Shown: positions 32,293 through 44,570, counted from the whole stretch's first letter. The stretch: 63,947 nt of DNA, filler included, from Licmophora abbreviata (GCA_900291995.1; 24 parts of 24 records of this genome joined end to end with filler, not necessarily neighbours in it), one strand, 5' to 3'. The notes: generated from the sequence alone by a model not told the origin. A program made the numbers and translations.

Positions 32293-35200
32293 ATGATCCT
32301 TTTTTCGCCTTCCTTCCCGCTGTGCCCCACGGGCCCCGGACCTCCACCCTCCTCTCCCTCTCCGCATCTACCTGAGAGGGACTCTTCCCCTTTTCCCGTC
32401 TCCTTGAGGCCGTTATTTGGCTCTTTCCCTCACCTTACCCTACGCAGCTACTTCATCCTCCCTTTCGCTGCCTATCTCCTCCTTGCCATTGGCCTTCCCC
32501 ATTCCATTCCTCCACACGGGCCATGCTGGACAACGCGACACCCCTTCCGTCAGGCGCCTACCTTTCTTCACCCCTTCCCTGGCTCCCCCATCGACACCCT
32601 TCACGCCGGCTCACCGACCGTCGACACCATCCTACCGATCAGCCTTCCTACGTCTCCGGCTGAACGTACGCCAGTTATTGTTAAATCCGAGACCTTATTG
32701 GTTCACCTTATCTATTTAAGGACCCTCCTACCCTTTCGTCCACCTTCACGACTGGGGCTTAACCCCTCTCAATTTCGGCACTATACACCTATCCCTGCCT
32801 GGAGATCATCAGTCCCCATCTCACTCCCGAGTTCAGTCATTCCCTCTACTGGCACCCACGCCCTACAGCGTTTCATCCGGGACTCAACCTTCACGAGGGA
32901 TTCAACCCTCTGTCCTACACGCGATTTGACTTTCATTCCCTCCGCCGATACTCATGCCCTACAACAACTCATTCGTGACTCAACCTTCACGCGGGATTCA
33001 GCCTTCTGCCCCATGATCCGTGATTTGACGTTATTTCATTTCGCGTCTCTTCTCTCCCATCAACTTTTGATCTCACATTGTTTCCATCACGTTATCACCC
33101 AATACTACCGTCGCACCATGCCCTCCCCTGCAGCCACCTACTCCCCATTCAAGCATCAGTTTCCGCCACCACTTCCACCCGATGGACCGGCTGACTTCCG
33201 CTGCCTGGAGGCCCGGCTTCATCTCCAGGATCGTTTCGGCCTCTCTCCTCCCTCATCGGAATTCACTTCCGACAACCTCATTACCATCATCAACAAGTCC
33301 TTTGTCGCTCATACTCAAGCTTTAGGAATGGACCCTTCTGCCTCAGTATACGACGTTTCCGCCGGCCCAATCCACCAAGAAACGATCTCCTCCCGGTCCA
33401 TCTATTGCCAACGCTACCGGTTCATCATTGCTCCCGCTGCCTCTGCGGATCAATTCGATAGTGGTGTCTTCGAAGACCTCATTATTGCTTTCGTTACTCA
33501 ACGTTGGCATCACTTTCACCCCCTGGATCAGCCAGCCTCTAACAGAACCCACCCAAATCCTCCTTCTGGTAACCCGTGGGCCCCGTTTCTAGACATTTTC
33601 CTACCGCCGGTCAACACCTACGAACATCAGCTCTACGGCCTCCTTCTGGGACCCGATCCCACACGGCATGGGACATCCTATCGCGCTCTCCAAGGCCTAC
33701 TATACACGTTGTGGGAGCAGTATGCAGCTCTCCAAGACTCTCCTCCGCCACCGAGCGGCTCCTCCCCCAAGGCCACACTCGGTATTGATTACTTCGATTT
33801 CAACAGAGTTCTCGGCCTCCGCTCGCTCTCCCGATATGGCCCCAAGCACATTCCGTTTTACGGCGTTCACGCCCAATCACCGGTTCACTATAAGATCTTT
33901 TCTCAGCTGTTGGGCTCCCAGAATTTCACTTACTATGGCGTCCCGGTGGGCACGGAACCCACCTCCACTCCTCACTCCGTCTCCGTCGCCACGACGGAAC
34001 AACTACGTCTCTCTACGCAGCTTCACCCTCACCACACCTTCTGGCATGAGCTCCCCTTACACCTACAAACTACTACAGACGTTGACCGACTCCTGGGAAT
34101 TCCGTCTGTGCGATGTCTAGCTCCCCTCTTTCAAGATGACAGCGCCCTCCCTACACGTTTCAAAGTCGGCTTCTTTGTTACACAGATGACTCTTCGCCTT
34201 GCCCGAACCAACTCACTTGGCACCCTCATCCCCAATGATTTGCTTCTCTCCAGTAATACCCATGTCTCTCCATCGACAGAGACAGTCAAGACGTCCTATG
34301 ATGATCCGTACTCTCTCCCTGCCTCTGACGCCACCGGAACCCAGCGGTCGCAACGTTTGGTCCGCGCAGCCCGTTTCCAAGCTTTCTGCTCTGATCATCC
34401 CATGCATCACACAGCGACCGACGCGCTTCCTGACCCTGACCATGACACTGTCTCGACGGCTTCCTCTACCACCCCTGCTTCCTCTCCTAAACGCCGCCGC
34501 CCTGACCCTTTGCCACCTAATACACACGGCTTCACGGCATCCCCTACACAGGCGAGGCCCTCTTCTGCTACTTTGCCCAGCTCCCCCACCCCAAACCATT
34601 GGGAGGATCGGTCCACTTCTCCAGCCAACTCACCCTCCACACAGCCAACTACCCCTAACATACCCCGTCCAGCATGTTCCTGCTATTCGGGATGCTACGC
34701 AACTGCACCCCTTCCTTTCACCTGCCCCTTCTGTCAATGGGTCCATCATCAAGACCGACGCATCACAGCCCCTACTCTCTGCGCCACAGTCTCTCCCCAA
34801 CCTCCGCAAACTCCTACTACTACCACTACCACACCTACTCGACAGGCGGCTACTACCCCTGGCTCCAACCTTGCCACACCTCCCTCTAATACTACCCCTA
34901 CGATGACACCAACTGCCACCAGCACTTCGGCTCCTATTCCAGTATCAGTACAACCCGCCTCCCCTCCCCGACTTTCCTCTTTGGCTCGCGCCAGCCAAGG
35001 TATCCCTTTGCCTGCTCCTTTACCCGACACTCAAATGACGGATGCGCCCCCTCCTTCATCCCCCATGACAGTCGACATGACCCTAGATGACAACCAGCAC
35101 ACTGACAGCGACTCCCACAGCGATCCCAATGACATTGCGACCCCAGCCGACGACGCATCCGATGACTTGCTAGTCCCCTCCTCCGATTCCCCATACACCT

Positions 35201-35682
35201 ACGATGACTCCCTTCCTGACGACAGCCCTCTCCCGCCCAGCCAATTCACCCAAGAATCAACTGCGCATCAGCTTTCCCCCGAATCCCTCCTTCCGGTCTC
35301 CCTCCGCGGCAACCACATTACCCTACGTGACCAAGCCATCCTTGGACGCCTTCAATCGCGGTGTGATCACCCGCGTCATCTTAAATGGTTTCGAACATTG
35401 GCACACACTGCTACCAGCCCAGCCACCATGCACCTGTTTCCCTTTGCGCACCTTCAGCGCTTTGTCGATGCGCTATATCCTTCAGCTGCTGGCATTTCTG
35501 ACCCCGACTGCGCCGAGACCTCCCAGCTACTGATTGGCCTTGCTCAGCATCCTACCGTCGCCTCTCATTTTGCGTTGCATGACGTTGCGTCCTTTCTCAG
35601 CGACGTAGCCAGTGCAGTGACCCCTTCCCAGCAACCGCCTCCGCCCGCATCGGGCCCGAGGACGGCAGCGAATGCAACATGA
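32293..35682 (+). CDS. CRE copy B ORF1, uninterrupted, unknown protein (alternative starts 32266 and 33118)
   Basis: 1138-aa open frame homologous to copy A ORF1. Confidence 0.75.
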   Translation: MILFSPSFPLCPTGPGPPPSSPSPHLPERDSSPFPVSLRPLFGSFPHLTLRSYFILPFAAYLLLAIGLPHSIPPHGPCWTTRHPFRQAPTFLHPFPGSPIDTLHAGSPTVDTILPISLPTSPAERTPVIVKSETLLVHLIYLRTLLPFRPPSRLGLNPSQFRHYTPIPAWRSSVPISLPSSVIPSTGTHALQRFIRDSTFTRDSTLCPTRDLTFIPSADTHALQQLIRDSTFTRDSAFCPMIRDLTLFHFASLLSHQLLISHCFHHVITQYYRRTMPSPAATYSPFKHQFPPPLPPDGPADFRCLEARLHLQDRFGLSPPSSEFTSDNLITIINKSFVAHTQALGMDPSASVYDVSAGPIHQETISSRSIYCQRYRFIIAPAASADQFDSGVFEDLIIAFVTQRWHHFHPLDQPASNRTHPNPPSGNPWAPFLDIFLPPVNTYEHQLYGLLLGPDPTRHGTSYRALQGLLYTLWEQYAALQDSPPPPSGSSPKATLGIDYFDFNRVLGLRSLSRYGPKHIPFYGVHAQSPVHYKIFSQLLGSQNFTYYGVPVGTEPTSTPHSVSVATTEQLRLSTQLHPHHTFWHELPLHLQTTTDVDRLLGIPSVRCLAPLFQDDSALPTRFKVGFFVTQMTLRLARTNSLGTLIPNDLLLSSNTHVSPSTETVKTSYDDPYSLPASDATGTQRSQRLVRAARFQAFCSDHPMHHTATDALPDPDHDTVSTASSTTPASSPKRRRPDPLPPNTHGFTASPTQARPSSATLPSSPTPNHWEDRSTSPANSPSTQPTTPNIPRPACSCYSGCYATAPLPFTCPFCQWVHHQDRRITAPTLCATVSPQPPQTPTTTTTTPTRQAATTPGSNLATPPSNTTPTMTPTATSTSAPIPVSVQPASPPRLSSLARASQGIPLPAPLPDTQMTDAPPPSSPMTVDMTLDDNQHTDSDSHSDPNDIATPADDASDDLLVPSSDSPYTYDDSLPDDSPLPPSQFTQESTAHQLSPESLLPVSLRGNHITLRDQAILGRLQSRCDHPRHLKWFRTLAHTATSPATMHLFPFAHLQRFVDALYPSAAGISDPDCAETSQLLIGLAQHPTVASHFALHDVASFLSDVASAVTPSQQPPPPASGPRTAANAT
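32857..33040 (+). repeat. Imperfect tandem duplication (~96-bp unit) in the CRE copy B 5' region
   Basis: CAYGCCCTACA..ATYCGKGACTCAACCTTCACGMGGGATTCA..CGYGATTTGAC twice; translates as HALQ..IRDSTFTRDS..CP..RDLT x2. Confidence 0.8.
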
Positions 35683-38600
35683 CTCCTTCACTCTCCCAAG
35701 CGGACTTCGTTAGCTGCCCTTTTCCTTCCTGTGGATGGAGGACGCCTGACACCCGCTCTGCCCTTACTCCGACACCTCAACGAACTGAGTGCCTCAAACT
35801 TCTACGGTCACACCTTCGCACCACTCATGCCCGGCAACAACCCGACTCCTTGCCAGAGTCCTACTCCTGTCCTCTATCTTTTTGTCACAAGTGCAACAAC
35901 AACTTTAACTCCGATCCTAATACTATATATTTACATCCTTCCGGTCTACGCAACCACCAACGCTCTGTCCATTCCCCCTACCGCTCCTTCACCACGTCGG
36001 AGGTCTTTACCCAGCATTTTCCGGACGCTCCCCCCGGTACATGGCAATCAGCTTTCTCGTGGCTCCACGCACACACCGCGGTTCACCCCCCCCGTCCCAC
36101 CAAACGTTCGCAGTAACCTCTACTACTCTCTCTCCAGGACAACACAACGGGAACTCTACTCCACTCTGTCCACCCTCCATCAAGCATGCGCCGAGACCAT
36201 CCCTCCCATGGACTCCTCCCCTTCCACGTTGCGTATATCCACCTTCCAACGTTCTTCCGACCTTCCCTTTGTTCTCCTCTTCCTTTTCCAACCTCTTATC
36301 CTTCACCCAGGACACTCCTCTTCCCGGTCCCACGATGCCACGGTCGCCGCCCGTCTCAAGATGTTCTCTACAGGTCGCATCCGTGATTTGTATACAGACC
36401 TCTATGCAATTGAGCCCCCTTCCTCGCTCACCCGTCACAATACTGATACAAGTGATTCTCGGCTTCTTGCTACCGATGAATACAGCCCTACCTCTAATCG
36501 GCATGCCCAAGCTGCAGCTGATTTGGACAACTTTTCTGCTTGCGCTTCACGCATCAACTCCACCCTCCCAGTGGCCTCCCTTACTCCGACCACGCTGGAC
36601 CGCATCTCCTCCTTATATCCACCCAGGTATCCCAGTCGCCATACCTCGACGTCTGATGGGCCTACCACCCGCTCACAGACACGGCTTCTACTCCCACTTC
36701 TACCATTTCGATACCGCATCATTCCATGCTCTCCTCCTGTCGCAAGTTGAAACGCGGCTCCGCTGCTGGACCCTACGGCGATTATACTGACGTTTTGCGT
36801 GACATGGTCCTTCATTCTGTCCCGCCGCTAAATCCAGGTGACCCTCCTACTTACCCTTACGTCGCTAGCTTTGTTGCCATAGCCGAAGCTATCTTTGCCG
36901 GTTCCGTTCCTACCCTTGCCTCAACTATCCTACGCAGCAATTACTTCCTTGCATTACACAAGGACCCTTCCGATCTTTCCAAACTTCGCCCTATTGGCGC
37001 TGGTACTAGCTATCGCCGTGTTCTAGGGGCTCTCCTTATGCATATCTACGGAGAACAATTTGCCGGCCTTCTTATTACGGAAGGTCAATTGGGGATCGGT
37101 ATTCCTGGAGGCATGGATACTATTATTCATGCCGCTCACACCTTTATTTCCAAGGCCCTATCTCCCTCCGAAGACATTTCCGCCCCACCTCCTGCTTCTA
37201 CACTTCTTGCTCTTGATATCACCAACATGTTCAATGCCTGCTCCCGGGATTCTTGCCGCGACATGCTGCTCTCCCACTTTCCTTTCCTTGTCCCATTCTT
37301 TGACCTTATCTACTCTGACGACAACACCTGCTGGTATCGTGATACCTCCAACTCTTGGGCTTCCTTCACTCAACCAGAAGGCTTTGCCCAAGGCGACCCT
37401 ATGGCCCCCTTTTACGCTTCCTTGGTTTTATTCATGGTCTTACGCCCACTACACTCTGAGCTCCGTGATCGATCCCTACAACGTTCCCCCTCTGGCTCTA
37501 CCCGGCTTACTACTTCTACTGCCATTGACTCAATTAATACCTCCCTTCAATACTTGGACGATACGATGGCTTTACTGCCCACAGTTGACCTCCCTTTTTT
37601 TCTTCGACGATTTGAGGAGCTCGGGGCACCTCATGGTGTCCGCTTAAATCGCGCAAAGACCAAATTCCTTTCTAACATCAATGGTACCTCCCCATGCTCT
37701 CATATGCTTTGTCCGCCGGCTATCGCGGATGCTTTACAGCAAGCCACGACTTGGTTGTCACCTTCCGCTGAATGCACTGACGGCTTACGACTACTAGGAC
37801 ACCCGGTTGGCGGCCTCCCTTTCGCTAATCGTTTTCTTCAAGACAAGGCGGACGAACTACTCCATTACGTCAACAACCTCCTTCGGACCCTACCTGACCT
37901 ACAAACGCAGACCACTGTGTATCGACTCTGCCTACAAACTAAAATCAACCATCTCCTGGCAACCGATGTCTACCATAACGCTACCCTACCTCCGTCGCAA
38001 TCGCCATCCACTTCGATTCCCACTTCTGACACCCAACACCTTCACGCCACACTTTTCTCGTGGCGTTCCCCTTTTGTTGACCGAGCCACCAACATTCTTC
38101 ACGCTTTCCTCTCTCGCATTACTGACACTTCTGATGCGTTGCCTCCACACGCTTGTCATTTGGCTGTTCTCCCTTCCAACCTGGGCGGCCTAGGATACCG
38201 TGCACCTTCGATTTCGGCCATCCCTGCATTTGTCATCTCTGTTACCCGGTCCCTGCGAATTGTTACCAACGGTATTGTCCTACCCGGCATTCCTCCTACC
38301 CATCTACCTGCACCCGTTCGCTCTTTACTTCACGATTGGCGCTCTCCCACCACTCGACTTCTTCAGCTGTATCGCCAATTTGGAACCCCTCTTGCACGCT
38401 TCCATATCCGACCACCTCGACACGGCCCTGATCCTGCCATCACTGATCCTCTGTTTCATCTCACTTCTCTTGCCACACGCCTCAATCTACCTGGCTTGCA
38501 ACGCGACATTTGTCGAAAATACTTCAAGCAATCCCGGCACACTTTGCTACACACCGACCCCTCCTTATCAGCGAACGCTCATGCCACAACCACCCCATGG

Positions 38601-39659
38601 CTCAGTTTAGCGCTCACACAGACGTCCCGTCGCATCCTTGCCAACCGGCTGGACAATGACACCTTCCGCATTGCTGTACAACGCAAATTGCGCCTTCCCT
38701 GCCTCCCTCCCGCTTTACACGACAAGCCCTGCACGTGTGGCAAACCCCTTGACTTGCTCGGTGATCATCTATTCCAATGTCGGCATGCCAGTAAATCACC
38801 TCTTCACCATACCATCCGCGACACCCTAACATTACTATGTCGCAAGCTTGGCCCGCTTGCCGGCTACACTTCCTCCCATCACTCTGTGGTATCTGAACCA
38901 ACGCACCTTATTCCAGACTCCAACTCTCGCCCGGCCGATGTGGGCATTCGGCTCTCTCCTACCTACCTTCCCTCAGCTTCACTTCACCCGTCTCGGTATC
39001 TTGCCATTGACGTAACCATTCCCTCGCCTCCGACTCCGTCGCTGTCTCATGCCCCAACACCCAGAGCGGTTTCCGCTAAGACTCGGCATGAACACGCGAT
39101 GAAGCAGAAGTTTGAAGGACGTGCTAACAACCCCAACAGCCACCTCGACATTGCCGCTTTGACCAGAAGCCGCGTACAACTCCTCCCATTCACCGTCGGA
39201 CACCTCGGTGATCTTGGCCATTTTGCGCATGCCTTCCTTTTTGGTAAACATGACTCTTCCTTCCCTTGTCCTCCGGCACCCAATTGGACCTCCGCTACCT
39301 TCACGACATCTACGGCAGCTGATGCCTTCCAACTAGCATCTGGCTCTCTATCGGTCCGTGGCCTCCTTCCTGCGGCCGACCAACACTGGACTCACCAAGC
39401 TGATCGCTCCCGTTTCTATGGCGACTCCTACCATGCTGCACTCCCCAGTCACTGGGCACTTCACACTCTTGGACTGAATCTCATCCGCGGCCTCAGTCAC
39501 CATCTCTACCGCAACTTTGATCGCATCCTTTCGGCTCGCCTTACTCCCCCCTCTCGGCTTGCCTCCCCGTCCATTGCGGTTGCTCCTCCCTTTTATGCTC
39601 CTCCGGCGCGCCCCTCCGTTGTTGATCCGCAACGCGTGATCCACGGTGGGCGGTCTTAG
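35679..39659 (+). CDS. CRE copy B ORF2: zinc fingers, RT and RLE endonuclease (frameshifts near 36090 and ~36690)
   Basis: CPFPSCGW, KLRPIG, LDITNMFN, GFAQGDP, YLDD, CTCG..LGDHLFQC, RPAD, AIDVT. Confidence 0.9.
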
Positions 39660-39936
39660 GTTCTCTCCCACTTTCCCCGTAGCCCATAACCATTTANNNN
39701 NNNNNNNNNNNNNNNNNNNNNNNNNNNNNNNNNNNNNNNNTTAATTAATTAANNNNNNNNNNNNNNNNNNNNNNNNNNNNNNNNNNNNNNNNNNNNCAAT
39801 AAGTCACGAAAGATTTCATTTCTTGTGGAAACGCCACTGTATTTGCATTCGAAGAACATTAACGCACTACTGCTACTACTAATACGTACCCAATTTAGTT
39901 ATGCTTTGGCTTGTTCGTTTGTTTGCAATTCTTGAT

Positions 39937-41756
39937 TCAACTGAACTGATATACACGGGCGTAGCCTGGCGGTTCTTCGGTATTCATGAACTGATCCGCA
40001 CCCGCCGACACGATCGTACCATTGGCCGACATGGCCACCGAAATGCCAAAGCGATCGTCAATGCCCAATCCAGGGATCGTTTGTGCCACTTGCGCCCATG
40101 CACCCTCCAACCATCGGAATACGCGCACGTGACCCGAAAAGCTTCCAAAGTCCTGATTCCTATTTGCACCCACGGCTAGGGTGCTCCCGCCGGATGACAG
40201 AGAGACCGCCCAACCAAACTGATCCGTGGCATTCGCTCCGACAAGAGGCTGGCCCAGCTGCACCCAACTACTTGATTCGTTATTCAGTACTTGTAGTTGG
40301 TACACTCGCACGTGGCCAGAATCAGCTCCGTTCCCGTTATTGTAAGGAGCACCCACGGCCATAATACTGCCGTCGGATGACAAGGAGGTCGAAATTCCTA
40401 ACCGATCGCCGGACTCCTCCCCCACGAGAGGATCCCCCAATGGAACCCATATGCTTTCCTTCAGCTGGAACACCCTCAAATGACCAGAATCTTCTCCGTT
40501 GCCGTCATGTCCGTCTGCACCCGCTGCCAGGATGCTGCCATCCGAGGACAAGGAGACCGAGAAGCCAAACCGATCAAAGGAGCTCTCCCCAACGAGAGCC
40601 TGGCCCAATGGCACCCAACTTGTCTCGTTCAACTTGTGAAACACTTGCACTTGGCCAGCATTTTTTCCGTTGTTGTCATTCAACTGCGCACCAACTGCAA
40701 GGATGTGACCGTCGGAGGACAACGCGGTAGACCAGCCAAACCTATCTCCAGCAGTGTCCCCGACAAGAGTTTTCCCGAAAGGGACCCATACCGAACCATT
40801 CAGCTGAAAAACTCGTACATGACCCGCATCCTTTCGATTTGCTGCCCCCACCGCCAGAATACTGGCGTCGGAGGACAAAGAGACTGAGCGACCAAACTCA
40901 TCGCCAGCAACTTCCCCGACAAGGGTTTGCCCCCTTTGGACCCAACTAGAGCCATTCCATCGGAACACTCTAGCTTGTCCAGCGTTCATTCCATTGACGT
41001 CGTTGAATATTCCACCCACGGCCACGACACTGCCGTCGGCCGAAACGGCAATGGACCATCCGAACAGATCACCACCACCAGTTCCAACGATATCTTGACC
41101 CAGCTGTGACCATTCACCAGGGAGTCGTTGCACGAGTGACGATTGAAGGGGTGAGACTGACTCAAAATTGGCAAAAGCCGAATGGCCAGTCTCTTTCAAT
41201 GCTGTCAGATAGGCGTCTCGTTTCATTGCCGAGTCGAATGGAGTAGCGGCAATCTCGGTCGAATTGAATAACGATGAAATGGTACGGTAGGAGACCTTTT
41301 GATCGAATACTATCTGGACCTCGTAGGCGCGACGATCCTGCACTGCAAACATGTAGGAAGATGTCACATCCGAAATGTTCGGGTTACTGCTGACTGCCTC
41401 GAGAAAGAAGTTGGCAGTCGTTTCTTCCCAAATTGCAATGGTTTCAGTTGTCATTAGGGCCCCCTCCATTCCAGTGAAGGTAAAGAACAGATCCGTGAGT
41501 GTCTCGCTCTGCGAACCGGGGGATGACGCATCCGATCCAGTGGTCAGTGCGATCACGACGCCAGCGATGGCCCCAACGAGCAGCAGGCAGCCTCCTCCAA
41601 TCAGGAATTTGTTGCGCTTCCTATGGTCTTTGACGGCCTGCCCCGTAACAACCTGATTGGGCAATGGATCCTCTTCATCGACGACAGGACGGGCAGTCAT
41701 GAGAGTAGTTGACACTGGGTGCTGTTGTATATCTGACACTGGGTCCTGTTCTACCT
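39937..41756 (-). CDS. Type II membrane protein with an FG-GAP/integrin-alpha-like seven-bladed beta-propeller; 5'-truncated by gap
   Basis: Basic patch then TM (RKRNKFLIGGGCLLLVGAIAGVVIAL); seven repeats of D.FG.SVSLS.DG..LAVGA..N....GHVRVF...W. Confidence 0.85.
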
Positions 41757-42182
41757 NNNNNNNNNNNNNNNNNNNNNNNNNNNNNNNNNNNNNNNNNNNN
41801 TTAATTAATTAANNNNNNNNNNNNNNNNNNNNNNNNNNNNNNNNNNNNNNNNNNNNGCGAGTGGAATTGATACGTCACGCGCACCCAATGGATACGTCAA
41901 CCCGTACCCATCAGAGGACCCCAACGCAGGTATTATAGTGTATCTACGAGTTTCTACACGCCGGGTATCGTACCACTTGGGTGGAATATTGGGGGTAAAT
42001 GGTGTGACGTACGATACGAGTATGTAGTCACGACTATCGTGACATCGTGATGTCTAGAATATCCTCAACCCGTATGTAGTCACGAGTATCGTGACGTCTT
42101 GAACTGGAACATCTAATCTTTTGTTTGCACTCCAAAACCCGACGTTTATCAGGTTGCTAATTCCGAATATTGATTAATGATG

Positions 42183-43013
42183 TTACTGCTCTAGCTGAAA
42201 AATACTAACGTAGCCGCGTTCTGTGTTGGCCCGTGGCGCACCTATTGCCACGATCGAGCCATCGGCTGACAGAGCCACTCCACCTCCAAACTGATCCCGT
42301 TCACTCTGACCATCAAAGTCAGTTCCCAGCTGCGCCCAAGTTCCATTCACCAATTGAAACACGCGCACATGACCAGCGTTGGTTCCCTTGCCGGAATTAA
42401 ATGGTGCGCCTACGGCCAGGACAGTGCCTCCGGCTGACAAGGAGACCGCGAAGCCGAACTCATCGCCGGCATTCTCCCCCACAAGGGTCTGACCCAGCGG
42501 GACCCAGCGCATTCCTTCCAACTGAAATACGCGTACATGCCCGGAATCGATCCCATTTGCGTCATTCTGAGGTCCGCCAACAGCCAAGATGGTGCCATCT
42601 GCTGACAAGGCGATTGCCTCACCAAACCGATCACTAGAGTTCTCCCCATCAAGACTCTCGCCCAAGGGCGTCCAAGTCGTTGCATCCAATCGAAACACAC
42701 GAACATTGCCGGAAGAGAATTCTGCGCCACTTCTCAACCTTGCACCCGCCGCCAAGACAGTTCCGTCGGACGAGAGAGAAACCGACAAACCAAACCAGTC
42801 CCCAATATTCTCCCCGGCGATCGTCTGACCGAAAGGCACCCAGCTCGCTCCATCCGACCGAAATACACGCACATGACCGGAATTAAGTCCATTGTCATCA
42901 TTGTACTGTGCACCAGCCGCCAAGACGGTGCCATCAGCCGATATGGAAACGGCGGCGCCAAAAAGATCACCGGCGTTCTCGCCCATAATAGTTTGGCCCG
43001 CCGGAGGCCAATT
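42183..43013 (-). CDS. Second FG-GAP/beta-propeller protein, C-terminal repeats (tandem paralog)
   Basis: Five repeats of GD.FG..V.LS.DG..LA.GA..GHVRVF; frame open to the contig edge. Confidence 0.85.
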   Translation of the reverse strand, partial: NWPPAGQTIMGENAGDLFGAAVSISADGTVLAAGAQYNDDNGLNSGHVRVFRSDGASWVPFGQTIAGENIGDWFGLSVSLSSDGTVLAAGARLRSGAEFSSGNVRVFRLDATTWTPLGESLDGENSSDRFGEAIALSADGTILAVGGPQNDANGIDSGHVRVFQLEGMRWVPLGQTLVGENAGDEFGFAVSLSAGGTVLAVGAPFNSGKGTNAGHVRVFQLVNGTWAQLGTDFDGQSERDQFGGGVALSADGSIVAIGAPRANTERGYVSIFQLEQ

Positions 43014-43113
43014 NNNNNNNNNNNNNNNNNNNNNNNNNNNNNNNNNNNNNNNNNNNNTTAATTAATTAANNNNNNNNNNNNNNNNNNNNNNNNNNNNNNN
43101 NNNNNNNNNNNNN

Positions 43114-43616
43114 AACAGTTTCTTCGGTGAGGGCAACATTACCAGTGACAACGTTGGGTAGTTCTTCTGTAGAGGACCCGAGATAGTCGTCATTGCAAGT
43201 AGGTTCTTCGGTTCGTCGTTCTATAGGTGAGGCCGCGGGCGAGTTAGGTGACGCCAGTTCAAGCTCTTTGGTTCGTTTGCGACCTGTCGCAAAGCCTGCG
43301 GCAGGCTCGGAAACACGATTCGGGGAGCTAGTTTTAGCCGTCGTCGCAGAAGTAAGAGGTCGGTGATGTCGAGAATCTTCCTTTTGTGGTTCGATTGAGA
43401 AGCACCGCGCCTGCGCGAGGGGGGCTTGGAGCTTCCCCCGTCCAAACTACTATCGGGTTCTCCGAAACGACCCTTCGCTGGCCTCTTCGCAGATACCGGT
43501 ACGGCAGCAGGTATAGCCGAATTCTCGAATTTCCGGAGTTTCCGTTCCTTGTTGTCGGATTCATTCCTCGCTTTCTTCTCGGTTGACTTGCTTCTCTCGT
43601 TGCCTTTATCATTCAT
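43114..43616 (-). CDS. Probable disordered N-terminus of the second beta-propeller protein (ATG 43616, one frameshift ~43385-43440)
   Basis: The shifted frame ends ...EELPNVVTGNVALTEETV, resembling the pre-TM EDPLPNQVVTGQAV of the 39937-41756 paralog; same strand and directly upstream across the gap. Confidence 0.4.
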
Positions 43617-44099
43617 GGTGACGAGATGTTGAACAACATCGTAGAGAGACGATGGAATCAATTCGATGCGGACTGACTCTTGTAATATAAGATACGCCCA
43701 GAGAATGGCTCCTGTCCGATTGAATTCCCGTATGTACTTGCGCTCGTTGAGTGCAACGTGGCGAGAGGCCCGCGATTGTTTGTCAGCTGGCTTGTCTGTT
43801 AGCCAGCATGTCACCGCCCGACCGACACTATGATACTTCTTTTGGCTGTGCATACGTCACAGACACTTCCGAACTCGAAATGTCGAAACAACGCGCATCG
43901 TTCAAATTCAAAATGCAGAAGGAGATTACAGATTACCGAAGTCGGGGACGATGTTATCCAGACCAAGGAACCCAAGGCGAGCATTATTCCTATGGACCAT
44001 CTCAATTGGCTTGGGCGGAACCCACCAAGGGATTGTTGGGAGTAAGTTCTGCTGTGGCATGTCCTAGCTACTGCTCTTGAGTTGTATAGACGACGCACA

Positions 44100-44570
44100 T
44101 GCCGCTATTGCGTCGACAGGAAATCTCGGTTTATGAAGATCATCCTGGTCTGGGAGGAGAGTGCTCTTTTTTAGGAATACTGCAGTCTCTCTTGCTTTTG
44201 GCCTAGTCTCGCTCCTCTTGCCGTGGTCATTTATTCTCACATGGACAAGTCGTATGATTGTTTGGGGTCTTTTCGGTCCCCACGTTCTCTTTGTCGACTT
44301 GATTCTTCAAACACACGTTAAGGACGACAGTATGAAAAAGTTGGTTGCCAATTTTCAAAAGGTATTCCAAGCCGCTCGCATTCGTCGTCAGTGTGCGCTC
44401 AAGTTGAAGGCCGTCAAATGTTTGCGATTTGGACGTACATTACCCGTGTTCCGGAATACAATCTCGCGCGTCATTTCGAACGACCCCTTCCAAGTTCGAC
44501 GGCACGACTTTTGACACGTCATGAGGATCCCCTCCAGCCAACCCTGTGGCGCCCGGGTCAACAACTCAAA
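44100..44570 (+). pseudogene. Degenerate fragment resembling the membrane C-terminus (PRT_C-like) of diatom C2-domain proteins
   Basis: WEE followed by hydrophobic LLLPWSFILTWTSRMIVWGLFGPH, then ALKLKAVK..RFG and frameshifted YITRVP..NL.RH.ERPLPSS.A. Recognised from memory only. Confidence 0.3.

Larger units (their letters stand above)
32255..39696 (+). mobile_element. CRE-clade non-LTR retrotransposon, copy B (divergent subfamily of copy A)
   Basis: Same two-ORF layout, same ATGA junction and similar 3' end. Confidence 0.88.

Noticed and set aside
35570..35682. HDV-like ribozyme (GCGAAU resembles J4/2 after a P4-like hairpin)
   Set aside because: I could not build P1, P3/L3 or P1.1 in either CRE copy, and the site is mid-element rather than at the 5' end. 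A covariance-model search would settle it.
43221..43853. 210-aa ORF as a stand-alone gene
   Set aside because: Better explained as upstream sequence plus the frameshifted N-terminus (ATG 43616) of the beta-propeller paralog.
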